The notes beneath the pieces were generated by a model that was not told where the DNA came from, did not search any database, and worked only from the letters and a program-made list of their open reading frames with translations. DNA of 37,899 bases, from NCBI GenBank assembly GCA_032718475.1, contig JAUCBJ010000560.1, positions 1-37,899 of the forward strand, in the 5' to 3' direction. The stretch comes from Nemertoderma westbladi (taxonomy: Eukaryota; Animalia; Xenacoelomorpha). Below, piece by piece: positions 10,801 through 20,699 of this stretch. The position numbers were made by a program, and so were the translations under genes. Every line of letters starts with the position of its first letter. Positions within the stretch are counted from its first letter, which is position 1.

Positions 10801-10904
10801 ATCAGATGCGCGTCCTATATATCACTAACATGCTCTATAAAACTGGTACGCAATTGTCGGTCAGGAGGGAGTGTATTCAAGAGCTTTATCGACTTCAGGT
10901 GTGA
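7737..10904 (+). CDS. LINE ORF2: apurinic-like endonuclease + reverse transcriptase
   Basis: APE motifs TFNSNG, IQEHW, GGVA, GAYMP, GDLN, IDHI, SDH. RT motifs YRGVS, QMGY, LDLTSAFD, GVRQGGVLS, YADD, YLG. First ATG at 7737; the frame is open from 7725. Confidence 0.95.
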   Translation: MTAMLWLRNFMIQINLTKHRHTKAITCNIVIFKSHNATKDIFTVMTFNSNGYVRSQEYIRKLLANEKPDILVIQEHWLSAREAIHFLKQKDQVPKGYKVYYTIADAMMSPKARVRGEGGVAVMIREDIMPHTSMLKSGSDRMVAITVKGLLDKDLLIIGAYMPCNGGTGEDRDNYIKVAAMLSTIIEDAIESRMEVMIMGDLNGNVIKSDNPREQTSYSDFGTLFNENITDTFDLNPTTVESHALGPRATYRFRNKLGKVIRQSFIDHIVVSKDMFDSLLFTKVFNTDVDNVSDHVPVYSTFYTNLAQTAGNFRGTESKWARHKRPVFLFGRATQSDMENYQEEVCRYLKIFSDRTSDATQILREDLELRAKGLINTLYEAARKNIPHVFPRHHKGLRNRQNIRPLDHYWHSMKGKITMVDRDDGNPYISLLENKRMRHRAENHTYWQHIRNLANDCRSNRNRFWYKLKSENRVAKTDVHRDQLYSDYMERFSIKSIHNQDHHDNLLILGTEHEPSGNLVNAADVDTAIKSLNKGKASDSNSLKAEHLLYSRSNELHGFLADLYNDIMATGYFPKCLCTSILMPLLKSEDRDKHQTGSYRGVSIISILAKVWEILVSEKVRNIKTSNLQMGYKSKLSTEISYAVATNLIRYFNEGGSNVYMVSLDLTSAFDSVSYEKLMTKLAETTLDVRIIRTLCSYYSQSVALMRIGNSISRKPIPLRRGVRQGGVLSSILFNIYLDDLFNLIESAGFGLHINREAYSILGYADDVLLLANMGTDIQKMLYLCEQYFKEHDLVINFKKTHYVICPFSARADMGKSESIHTGSGAKLQAVSKCIYLGLPLPPSRQNISDYFTRKIWMNTSRINIRGLASDDVPLDITALVWGAISAPSILYGSHIIEGALGECIGRTWRKAQRSLLRMGNYISNDILQALFNDRTFSTMVTLSKARVIYSCMNSGNEKVYGLFSHILTQHLAGQMSVPLFSDYSIGGWKLGLPRLQALVTGRYCLKSIIKRIGGTELCFMDQMRVLYITNMLYKTGTQLSVRRECIQELYRLQV

Positions 10905-11181
10905 TAGATCAACCACTTAGCCTTTAGACTGGGGGCTTTCGATGGGGGCTTGTATTTCAGGATGGATGCAAATGGTACTCAAGTGCTTTTTATTATAAGG
11001 GCTTGTAGATTAACTAGATCTTGAAGTAGACTTGATCAGCGTTTTCATTTTACCCAGTGCTGTGTTTAAGTGTTTTGAATTTTTGGGTTTTCAGCGTTTC
11101 CATTTTACTCAGTGCTGTGTTGTTTTGAAATTTAGGTGCATCTAAGATTACCTAATTTTATTGTATATTTTATTTAATTAT

Positions 11182-11226
11182 AATAAAGGGGCCGAGCCCT
11201 ATCTCGGATGATGAAATGAAATGAAT
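11182..11226 (+). other. LINE 3' terminus: AATAAA, hairpin and simple-repeat tail
   Basis: AATAAA 11182-11187; CCGAG-CCCTAT-CTCGG 11192-11207; ATGATGAAATGAAATGAAT 11208-11226. Confidence 0.75.
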
Positions 11227-12220
11227 GCTGGATACTCTTGAAAACAGTGTCGCTACCATGACGACGGCTAACAGCTGATATTGCCACGTCGACGTTTCTT
11301 TGTTTCTTTGTTCTCTCGTTGTTCAGGTTGACCAATCAGAGCGTTTTTTGTCTCTGTGTTGGAGGTGTATACAGAACTCAGTAGTTCAGTGTTATGTTTT
11401 TTGCCTAGAGCCTAAGAACATCGGCCTTTGGCACCTCCGTATATCAGCGTTCTTTAGCTTTACATTAGTAGGCTTAATTATAGAACGTATATCTGTTATC
11501 AACCTATCTACTCCATACAATCTAACCAAACTAATTATATGCAATTCATATCTTACATTACTGCTTTTGCTGTTGGTTATTCGTTATATTTGTTGATGAA
11601 TTATTATATCGGAATACTGATCAATAGTCAGACACCCCACCTTCTTGATATACTAAAGGTTAGAGAGACCGGTTACAGATAAACGATTGCGACCTATGTT
11701 GAGTGGTTTGAAGTGAATCTAATGCTATTTCATATGCCCAACATAAATTGTCTGTTGCTCTCTTTATACGTGACTAAATTTAGTGAAGGTTGGCAGATTA
11801 GTGTGCAGTATTGTGCAGCATTGTGTATGATTGTAACTGATAACAAAGCATCTCCTAAAGAATGCGCCATATACGTTAATCTATAGCCTTTTCGTTGTGA
11901 CTAGTTTAAGTCATAACTCTGTTTACATATTTAGAGCGCCACGTCCTAAAGGAACTGTTAATATTTCCCGAAAGTGAATAATATTTGTCAGAGATTATAT
12001 ATTACGATCAGTCGAATAATACAGTAGGCTTACACCATCAATCATTAAGCTCCGAACTCAGTCTCCCGGGTATATCCAACGGGTGAATGATTGCGCATAG
12101 ACTGGCTTCGGCTAATGTAGTGTGTCAAATACTCGTCATAAAGCTAAAGAATATATATCATCTAAAAGACATTCTAATTTTGGCAGGTTAAACTGTCAAA
12201 GGTCTTCAAAAGCGCAAACA
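11227..12220 (+). repeat. 5' LTR, missing its first 185 bp
   Basis: Matches 30601-31592 with about 4 substitutions and 2 single-base indels seen by eye. Ends AAACA; CCAAT box near 11332. Confidence 0.95.
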
Positions 12221-12234
12221 ATAACAGATATACG
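12221..12234 (+). promoter_or_regulatory. Non-tRNA primer-binding site candidate (complementary to an LTR-internal 14-mer)
   Basis: ATAACAGATATACG is the exact reverse complement of CGTATATCTGTTAT at 11486-11499 (30858-30871 in the 3' LTR). No TGG directly follows the LTR. Confidence 0.7.
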
Positions 12235-12503
12235 CTTCTGGATTGCGGTGTAAGCAATCTAGTAGAAAGTACCGGTCGACCGGTAACCAGTAGGCCTGAC
12301 TGCCTGATCATCCGGACCGGTACCTACTTACGGTACAGGTACAGCAGTATTATTCGATTGTGGTATTGTATACCGGTAGGCTGTTTAAGAGATTAGGGAC
12401 TGTACACCCCTTGTTTCTTTTGGAGCTTACTTATTTCTGTCAGTTTTATTTATTTGTAGGCCAGTATTGAGCAGAAGGCGTGTAAGCCTGTGCAGATTGT
12501 ACG

Positions 12504-13075
12504 GATAATTTGTAGGCTTGACTGTTGGCTAACTGTTGATTAGGTTTGAACGGATTGCAGTGCATGTAGAGTGTATGTCCGATAAAGAACGGTTAGGAAG
12601 TAGGGGCAGCCATTGCTGTAAGGTAAACCCCCATCTAAAGAATAAGTCGTACTACTGGGTTAGAACGCATACTACTTAACCATTTCGGAGTCTGCATGTC
12701 CTGTGGTTTATTTAGGCTTGATAGTAGTTTGCCATCGTTTAGTCTGTACTTTGTTTGTGTAGTCTGTACGGGTAGCGTATAATTTATTTAGATAATTTGT
12801 AGGCTGGATAGTTGTCTGGCTGCTGTTGGGTTTGAGGAGATTTCGGTGTGTGTAAAGCATCTGTCCGATAAAGAACGGTTAGGAAGTAGGGGCAGCCATC
12901 GCTGTAAGGTAAACCCCCATCTAAAGAATAAGTCGTACTACTGGGTTAGAACGCATACTACTTAACCATTTCGGAGTCTACATATACCGTAGTTTGTTTA
13001 GGCTTGATAGTAGTCTGTCAGTGTTTGGTCTGCATTTTGTTTGAATGGTCTGTACGCGTAGCGTAATATTTATTA
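12504..13075 (+). repeat. ~287-bp tandem duplication in the BEL leader, each copy a long stem-loop
   Basis: GATAATTTGTAGGCT at 12504 and 12791. A ~118-nt core (12576-12693 vs 12862-12979) differs at one base; the arms are diverged but still pair. Confidence 0.9.
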
Positions 13076-14398
13076 TTCAGAGTTTATGCGATTATTCGCA
13101 ACATTCATTCCCCAAGTTTGTTCCTACAGTAATTGTGTTTGTTATACATACCGTTATAGTTAAACTAACCCCGGTACTATACGGGCTGCTTGGCGTAGGT
13201 AAAGACTGGTGATTTTGTGCACCGGTCACTCCAGCAGATGCCGTGGTTCTTTTAGCTGTTCAAGTATTTTTAACTACTAATTATTTGTTATACAAGTACT
13301 TGTACCTAATTTAGGGTTTAGTGTACAGTGCTTTCCGAAAGCAATTAGTGTGTAGGCAGTGTATTTGTGTTGTAAAGTGGTTGATAGGCACGTACGTTAG
13401 CTCTATTAACTTCTAGGTAGGGACACTCCGTGATACATAACGTAGTACCTATAGCGATACGGTTATAGGTCGTCAGGCGGTGGTATTTTCCTATCTGGAC
13501 AGCGCAGTATATTTACTACTACTTATTATTTTCAAATACCGTAGTAACCTGTCCGTTGTAATAACCAGATATTCTAACCCTTTGTTAGGCTGGTTAGTAG
13601 ACTTCTTGTAAAATTACCCTAAAAATTTGTATTTGTGTATTTGTAATTAAATTTTTGTGTTTACTTAGAGATTGTAATCTCAACCCGAATTGTACGTAAT
13701 TTGTAGTATTAAGTAACTTAGGTAAATTAGAATTATTTGTTTTAGTGTCCAACAAGTAGTACTCCACTGAGAGCGCACAGCTTCTGTGTAGTGACTCCCC
13801 CAGAAATAATAACATTTATTTCAAACATTGACAAAACCCATTTCAACGGGTATATATATATTATAAATCAACTCAAACGATTTATAAATAGTAGGCCTGC
13901 CATACAACAATTAGGTCTCAATATCAGTTGGACTGCTGCTTAAATAACGGTAATAAAGTAAGTTAAAGTAACCAAGTAACCCTTAAATTTCAGAAATTCA
14001 ATTATTTAAAATAATTGATATACCGGTATTTACAATAGGCTTATTATCTTTATTTTCATAAACTTAAGCTGAAATCATACCGGTATTCTGTAATTAATTT
14101 TAGTTAATAATTATACTTATATATACTATAAGTGTAAACTGCATACCGGTATCCACGATAGGCCTATTATATATTTATATATATTTGTGCTAAAATTATA
14201 TATACCGGTTCTGTGAAAAACCTAGTCTGTAATAATACTTATATATACCATAAGCATACCGGTATTCTAATATTATATATATCACGCTACACTGAGTAGC
14301 AGTATCGGTAATTAATTACTAGGCTAGCAGTTAATACTGAATTACTAGACTTACTTAAACTGTAATATAGCAGTAGGCATTCAACTGCGTAAACAAAC

Positions 14399-16031
14399 AT
14401 GTCTGATACTAAGCAGAACCTGTCAGACAGTTTATTAGATGTAACTATCTGCGACTCAGATAGAGGTGTAGAACCGTCTATTCCTAAGTTCAGTTCACCT
14501 CCCACTGTGAGGAAAGTCATCCCTCCAGTAGTAATAACAGAACCTAGGCTGGTCCAGCACCGTAGGTCTATCATAGGCACTCGAGCCCGGGTCAAGCGGG
14601 ACCAAGAAGCAGCGGAACAGCAACAACCCGTGAGCCAAGAACTTATTTCTCAGCGGCCCGACAGCTCCAGTAGTGAAGATACTGTAGAACTGACACCCGA
14701 GCGCGGAGCAAGGATGACGGATGCAGTTTATTCGGATCCCCTTCTCATCCTTCCTGCAGCCGTACTCACTAGGTTATTGATCGCGGTGGAAGAACACCAG
14801 ATCGATTGGGCGAGAAGTAAGCGCTCAACTAAAGATATTTATGCGGGATACACAAAGGAAGAACTGAAATCTATGGTCGAGTCGCAATGGAACTTCCCCG
14901 GACCCGGACTCCCGTTTGATTTATCAGAAGCTGCCTGGGAAGACATACACCGAATGGGAGTAGCCAAGGAAACCATCGATCCAGCTGTGTGGAAGAGGTC
15001 CGCAGCCGGATACGCACAGGGATTCTTCAGCTCTATGGAGCGAGTAGAAAAACAACTGTTACAACAACCTCAAGGACCTCAAGAGCAGGGACAACTGCTT
15101 TATCAAGTTAGAGAAAGAATTCTGCGAATCAGGCTAATATTATCAGCCTTTGAAGAGGCTTCTAAAAGAAGACAAGACACGTCGTTGCAAGTTGCCGTAA
15201 AGACTTGGTTTCAACGGGTGAGTCGCCAGGTTCAAGGAACAGCTCAGTGGAAAGCTCAGCTGGAGGAGCGCTCAACCCATGGAGAATCAACAGACGCTAC
15301 TTTTTCCCAAGTGGAAGGTGAAGCGACGGCAGAAAAACCGCAAAAGAGGGATGCCATTGACATCTATCTGTCAGACTATCAGCGTTTCGTAGGTGATGAA
15401 GAGTTGCGGAGAAGACTAGAGGGGCTTAGCCCTAATAGTGAAGGAGCCCAGCGTGTGTTGGACGCAATCGATGTGGATAGGTTAGCTGCGAACCAAGCTA
15501 AATTCAATGAAAGCATCCGCATCGCTAAGGTTCAAGAAGAACAAGTAAGGAAAAAACGTATAGAAGATAGAAAGAAAGCGGCAGAGGCAAAAGCGGCAGC
15601 TGCAGCAGTAGAAGCCGAAAGAAAGGCGGTAGAAGCCGAAAGAAAGGCGGCCGAAGCGGAAAGAAAGGTGGCAGCTGCAGCAGTAGAAGCCGAAAGAAAG
15701 GCGGCCGAAGCGGAAAGAAAAATAGCAGTGGCAGAAGCAGAACGAAAGGCATCTGAAGAGATAACCCAACTAGAGTTGGAAAATCTTCAAGAGAAACAAG
15801 ACAACTTTAATAAACAGTTAACAGCTAGTAATATGCAGATGATGAATCGATCTACTCCCAAAAGACAGGGTTATACATCATCTGAGGAAGGCGATACCAC
15901 CGACACTGAAGGCGGAGGAAATCGATCTCGCCTAAGCAGACGTAAAAGAACATCCCACCGTCAGAAATTGCCTGATTTGCCTCCAGCTGTTAGAAGGCAA
16001 CTAAATAACACCAACTTAGGTAGTACAGAAC
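14399..16031 (+). CDS. BEL gag, N-terminal part (interrupted by the P element)
   Basis: ORF from ATG 14399 with a charged helical AEAERKA repeat. Removing the P element and one TSD joins it in frame (GSTE-PTDQIITIERL) to 20700 onward. Confidence 0.85.
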
Positions 16032-16377
16032 CATGGCCTACTTTATAAGAGGCCATGACAACGCACGGGCAAATAGCTGACTTGGAGGCCACTTTGTTTA
16101 TGGGTGTAAGTCGGAATATATGGTAGATACAAACTTCTAACCTTTACCTACCCCCACTAAGTCGATGCTGAGGATCTCAAATATCATATTTAAAATTGTT
16201 TATCTCGAGACCCTGTTGCTATGGCAACATCTAACTTCTAAACGGCTGCAGATACAAACTTCTAACCTTTACCTACCCCCACTAAGTCGATGCTGAGGAT
16301 CTCAAATATCATATTTAAAATTGTTTATCTCGAGGCCCTGTTGCTATGGCAACATCTAATCAGTGGATACCGGTTGA
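16032..16377. repeat. Left TIR of the P element with an internal ~110-bp direct duplication
   Basis: Reverse complement of 20465-20691; block 16125-16234 is repeated at 16250-16359. Confidence 0.9.
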
Positions 16378-16473
16378 ACTTCCATTAAAAAAATGAAAAT
16401 AATACTTAAATCAAATATATAAGTTGCGTATAAGTTACAGTAAAAGTAAATCAAATAAGTAGAAAAATAAGAA

Positions 16474-19033
16474 CTATAGTGACAACTTTAGTTTCTTAGT
16501 AGAAGATTCCTTCGAAGACAATGGTGTAAGGAGTTTCGTTTGATTGTTTAAAAAAATATTAGTTAGCTTCATTAGACACACTTGTGGAATCTCACCATCA
16601 AAATATTGACTTGACACAAAGCTAAAGTAGCTGCAAAGACTTCTCCGGCAAACTGAAAGCACACTGATGTTAAGAAAAAAAATAAAACAAAAAAAGGTAA
16701 ACTGCACTAGTATATCTGATGGTGTAGTAAGGCGACCTCGGTCTAGCTCTTTCAAATAGGTGCTGTACTCTGTATAGACAACTGTAGAAGGGTCTATGTT
16801 AGTATTCTCCGGTAAAGATCGCTGAAGATAACCGGCAATAAAGTACAACGCTTGTTTAGTGTCAACATTTATCTCATCTTCACACATAGGTAGTGTCTCG
16901 ACGAGATCTACAATAAATTCAGTCAATGTGACATTACATTTAGAGCATTTATGTGAGTCGTAATCGCTCTGCGTTGTTGACTGCTCATGTCGGAGAAACT
17001 CGAAATTAATTGAGGCTAACAGTTTTGTTTTTTGTATTTGGTAATACTGAAGGGCTTGCACTGCTGCAATGAAGTATGTTCCTCCCGCTGACTGGCGAAT
17101 CCGACCGAAAGCTTTTTCCAGTGGATCAGTGGTAAAATTACCACACAAAACATAATCGAAATTGCGTTGAAGTAACGATTTCACCAAATCTACAAAACCA
17201 CGAAACGTATGAACAATGGCGCTAGCTGTATCTGTTGTAAATGTCTGATAGCGAGTTTTACCATTTACACACCTCATTTTCTCAACATTAGAAGCTATAT
17301 CGAGCAGTATATCCAACCGTTTATCACCAGGATCTGATATGGGACTCCGCCATTCATCATTTAAATGTATAGCCTCGTTCTTGGACTTCACATTTAATAT
17401 CTTGAATGCCTTCACAAAAACTTCTATGAAATCTGCCGTGTCTTTGTCAGTTTTGTTTGATTTCGTATGAGTACGTAAAGCTGTTACAGTTTCGTCACAA
17501 AATACTCGAAGCATTAAACAAACGTCTTGTCTCTCAATAGGTTTCGGGTATACAGCTTTGTGAATAAGTCGATGACCAATTTTAACAACATTGGACTTCT
17601 CAGACTCGTATAAACTTCTAATACTCGACCAATTGGCTATCTTGCCATCAAGGTTTATTGCCTGGTTCTTTTCAGTGATCCAATTATTGCGAATTGATTT
17701 CATCAAGTGAACAAAATCAAACAAAAGAAATGTTCCCTGAGTGGTTAACCAAGGCTTTCCTACCTCAGTTTCAAATAAAGCAAAAAAGCTTCGATTGACA
17801 GACAGATTGTCACCAAGAATTGCAATAACATTACCATTAGCTGATTGAATGTTTAGATAAACATCTGTTATAACATCATATAGAAAACTTGAATCTAAAT
17901 TTAACACTGGCATCATGTTGTTCAGAAATGTTGGACCACCATGAAGGCATTTTAACATAACACCCAAAATAGTTTTGGCCAAATAGTTGGGATTGTTTTC
18001 AGCTATTCCAAATATGTGACCACCTTGGTAGGCCAATGCCGCCTTTACGTAAATTTCATCAACCAAGAGCACACAGTTCCGTTGCATCACTGATAGGTTT
18101 TTAAAAACTGCGTGTAAAAAGTTATGATCATCTAATTTATTTGCAGTCGAAGTTAGTCGTTGCAATGTACGGATTGATGGAAGAGGATACTCATTTAAAA
18201 TCTTTAAATACAGTTGCATACAGTCGACTAGTTGCATAATATTCAAAAGCACGAACCAAAACATCGGCAGTCCATTTCTGACAACCAACACGAACAGGTT
18301 GAAGTGACTTAATATCCTGAAGTAAAATATCGAGTTTGGAAGGGGTTTCCGCATTTGAAAGAAAATTAACCACATTATCTAATATTGACCAGCGATCAAT
18401 CACTTTTATACGCATGGAGTTTATAACGCAAAAGGGAACCGATATTTTAGCACCATATCTGTAAGACTCAAAAGTTAGATTCTTAAAGATCTTAAGAACA
18501 AACTTCGGAATTCCTGAACCAAACACAAATTCAGCACTTTGAATTATCGTCACCGGAACAGAAGAACCTGAAGATACTATTGCAGTAGCGGTGTAAACAA
18601 TAACATTATCCTTGATAATTTTTTTATCTCTTATCGCACCAACAACGTCTTTGTATTCGAACAAATCTTGTGCATTAAACTCGCCGAGCTGATCAGGTTG
18701 TATTTGGCGTGTACCAAAAGAAATTTTAGATACATCGCGCAGTTTTGGCTGAGATATGGGACAGCAACTTGGAGAAATCTGAGGCCATATCGAGGGGGGT
18801 TCGACAGGAATTAATTTCTGTGAGCGAAAAGCCCTACGTTGGGAAAACCCCTCCGGCCAATGCAGTTCACACACAACTGTGTGCTTGGAGACAATTAAAT
18901 TTTGGCGAACTTTCAATAGAACGCTCATCCATTGAGAATGGTACGGCTCGTCACTAGGAACTCGATAAACGGTTACCGGTGATTCATTTGCATAGTTGGA
19001 GCGACAAAGTGGAACGCAGCACTTTCTAGGCAT
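16474..19033 (-). pseudogene. THAP-domain P-element (THAP9-like) transposase, one frameshift near 18200-18225
   Basis: THAP MPRKCCVPLC..VP..W..VVCELHW..P; LPSIRTLQR; catalytic LVDEIYVK, LGDNLSVN, FDFVHLMKSIRNN, TDPLEKAFGRIRQ. Split over ORFs 19042-18191 and 18375-16474. Confidence 0.92.
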
Positions 19034-19275
19034 CGCATGCAATGCAACTAGAAAACCGCATGTAAATACTGAATGCAGGTAAGTAAGGACTCCGAGGCGA
19101 TGATTACTGCTTCAACTGTTCAATCTGTCGGTCACGGTCAGATCTCAGACGGTAATTACCGAATTAATAGACCACATCAACTGTCAAACATAATAAAACG
19201 AGGTACCGGTATCACAAACAACAATAGGCCCTATGTATTAAGCAAGGAGTATTAAGCCATAAGTGGTCACGGACA

Positions 19276-20319
19276 CAGGGCTGGGAAAAACCATAGGTTT
19301 TTCAGAAAAATTTTTAGGTTTTAGGTTTTTGCAAGGTTTTTGTAGGTTTTTGGAAGGTTTTTGCAGGTTTTTGAAGGTTTTCGCTAGGTTTTTGTAGTAT
19401 TTCGCTAGTTTTTTGTAGTATTTCTGTATTTGTATATTGATTGATTAGATTGACCTGGCTGCCTGGTTGGTAAATGATTAGATAAATTATATGGGGCGAC
19501 ATTTGGTCAACTGGTCAAGATTATATTTTATAGATACACTATCAGACTATGATACAAAATTGTTTGAAAGAATGAGTCCATCAGGTTTCATTGTCATATT
19601 AGTTACATTTATATAAACCTGTACAAAGTCTGAAAGTAGGCTTACAGCAGTACAGACTACAGTCTTAAATTCAGACAGTAGGTGCAACTATTTATTACAC
19701 TATTAGTGTATTAGTTCAGTAGTCTATTAGTATCATTAGCATCATCAATCTGTCAATGCATGCAGAATGCAGGCACGCGATTCAGCGAATGCAGAATGCC
19801 ACCCCATCCCACAGTCCCATTATACTACTAACATAAAAGCATAAGGCAAACCATACTGCCATAACCCGATAACCACCTGACTGCCTCTGTGACCACCAGC
19901 TGACCAGAGCCAGAGCTGCAGAGACCACCCACTGACGCTGACCCAGCCACCTGCAGACCTGGCTGCCTGGACCACTGCTGCACCGTACGTGTACAGTTAT
20001 CAGCAGCAACGTAGGCTGTCAGGTAGTTGAGTTACCGGTCAGCCGGTACCGGACCATCTGACTGCTAACTTACATCAGCTAACTTGCATCAGTCAGCTTG
20101 TCAGAAGTGACAAGACAACTGGACTGGACTGGAACTCATCAGCTGACAATGCAAGTTGACTTGTTCAGTTGTTTTGAGTGTACAAATGAAATTAAAAGGC
20201 AAATTAAAGATGAAAAATCAAAAACCTAAAAACCTAGTTTTAGGCTTTTTTCAAATTTTAGGTTTTTGACAAAAACCTACAAAAACCTAGGTTTACAAAA
20301 ACCTACTTTGCCAGCCCTG
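19276..20319. mobile_element. Non-autonomous hAT element nested in the P element
   Basis: TIR CAGGGCTGG(G/C)AAA; 8-bp TSD CACGGACA at 19268-19275 and 20320-20327; clustered AAAACC(T) subterminal repeats; no transposase. Confidence 0.9.
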
Positions 20320-20464
20320 CACGGACACCGATAAAGGATAAGTACTATATGCTATACATTTGGAAGAAAACAGAATACAGAAGTACACATGAAGTAGGCC
20401 GCCCCACTAGAAACTAGGCATATACAGATATAGGCTACATGCTATACAGACAGACAAATACCGG

Positions 20465-20691
20465 TCAACCGGTATCCACTGATTAGGCCTAGATGTTGCC
20501 ATAGCAACAGGGTCTCGAGATAAACAATTTTAAATATGATATTTGAGATCCTCAGCATCGACTTAGTGGGGGTAGGTAAAGGTTAGAAGTTTGTATCTAC
20601 CATATATTCCGACTTACACCCATAAACAAAGTGGCCTCCAAGTCAGCTATTTGCCCGTGCGTTGTCATGGCCTCTTATAAAGTAGGCCATG
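20465..20691. repeat. Right TIR of the P element (~227 bp)
   Basis: Essentially perfect inverted copy of the left end. Confidence 0.9.
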
Positions 20692-20699
20692 TACAGAAC

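Larger units (their letters stand above)
1963..11226 (+). mobile_element. Non-LTR retrotransposon (LINE; RTEX-like or CR1/L2-group, clade uncertain), probably 5'-truncated
   Basis: Two long uninterrupted ORFs, ORF2 with APE+RT, a ~320-nt 3' UTR, AATAAA, a terminal stem-loop and an (ATGAA)n tail. Confidence 0.92.
16032..20691 (-). mobile_element. P-superfamily DNA transposon with long TIRs
   Basis: Ends CATGGCC...GGCCATG; 8-bp TSD TACAGAAC at 16024-16031 and 20692-20699; THAP transposase inside. Confidence 0.95.

Noticed and set aside
11300-11596. ORFs inside the LTRs (also 30443-30968)
   Set aside because: Frames differ between the two LTR copies because of indels, and no domain is recognisable.
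12239-12256. TGGATTGCGG as a tRNA PBS
   Set aside because: It lies 18 nt from the LTR edge, sits in a local hairpin (CTGGATTGC/GCAATCTAG), and matches no tRNA 3' end I recognise. A tRNA search is still needed.
15482-15769. Antisense Phe/Leu/Cys-rich ORFs
   Set aside because: Mirror of the AEAERKA repeat in gag.
18202-18221. 20-nt GT..AG mini-intron repairing the P transposase frameshift
   Set aside because: Removing it yields an immediate TAA stop.
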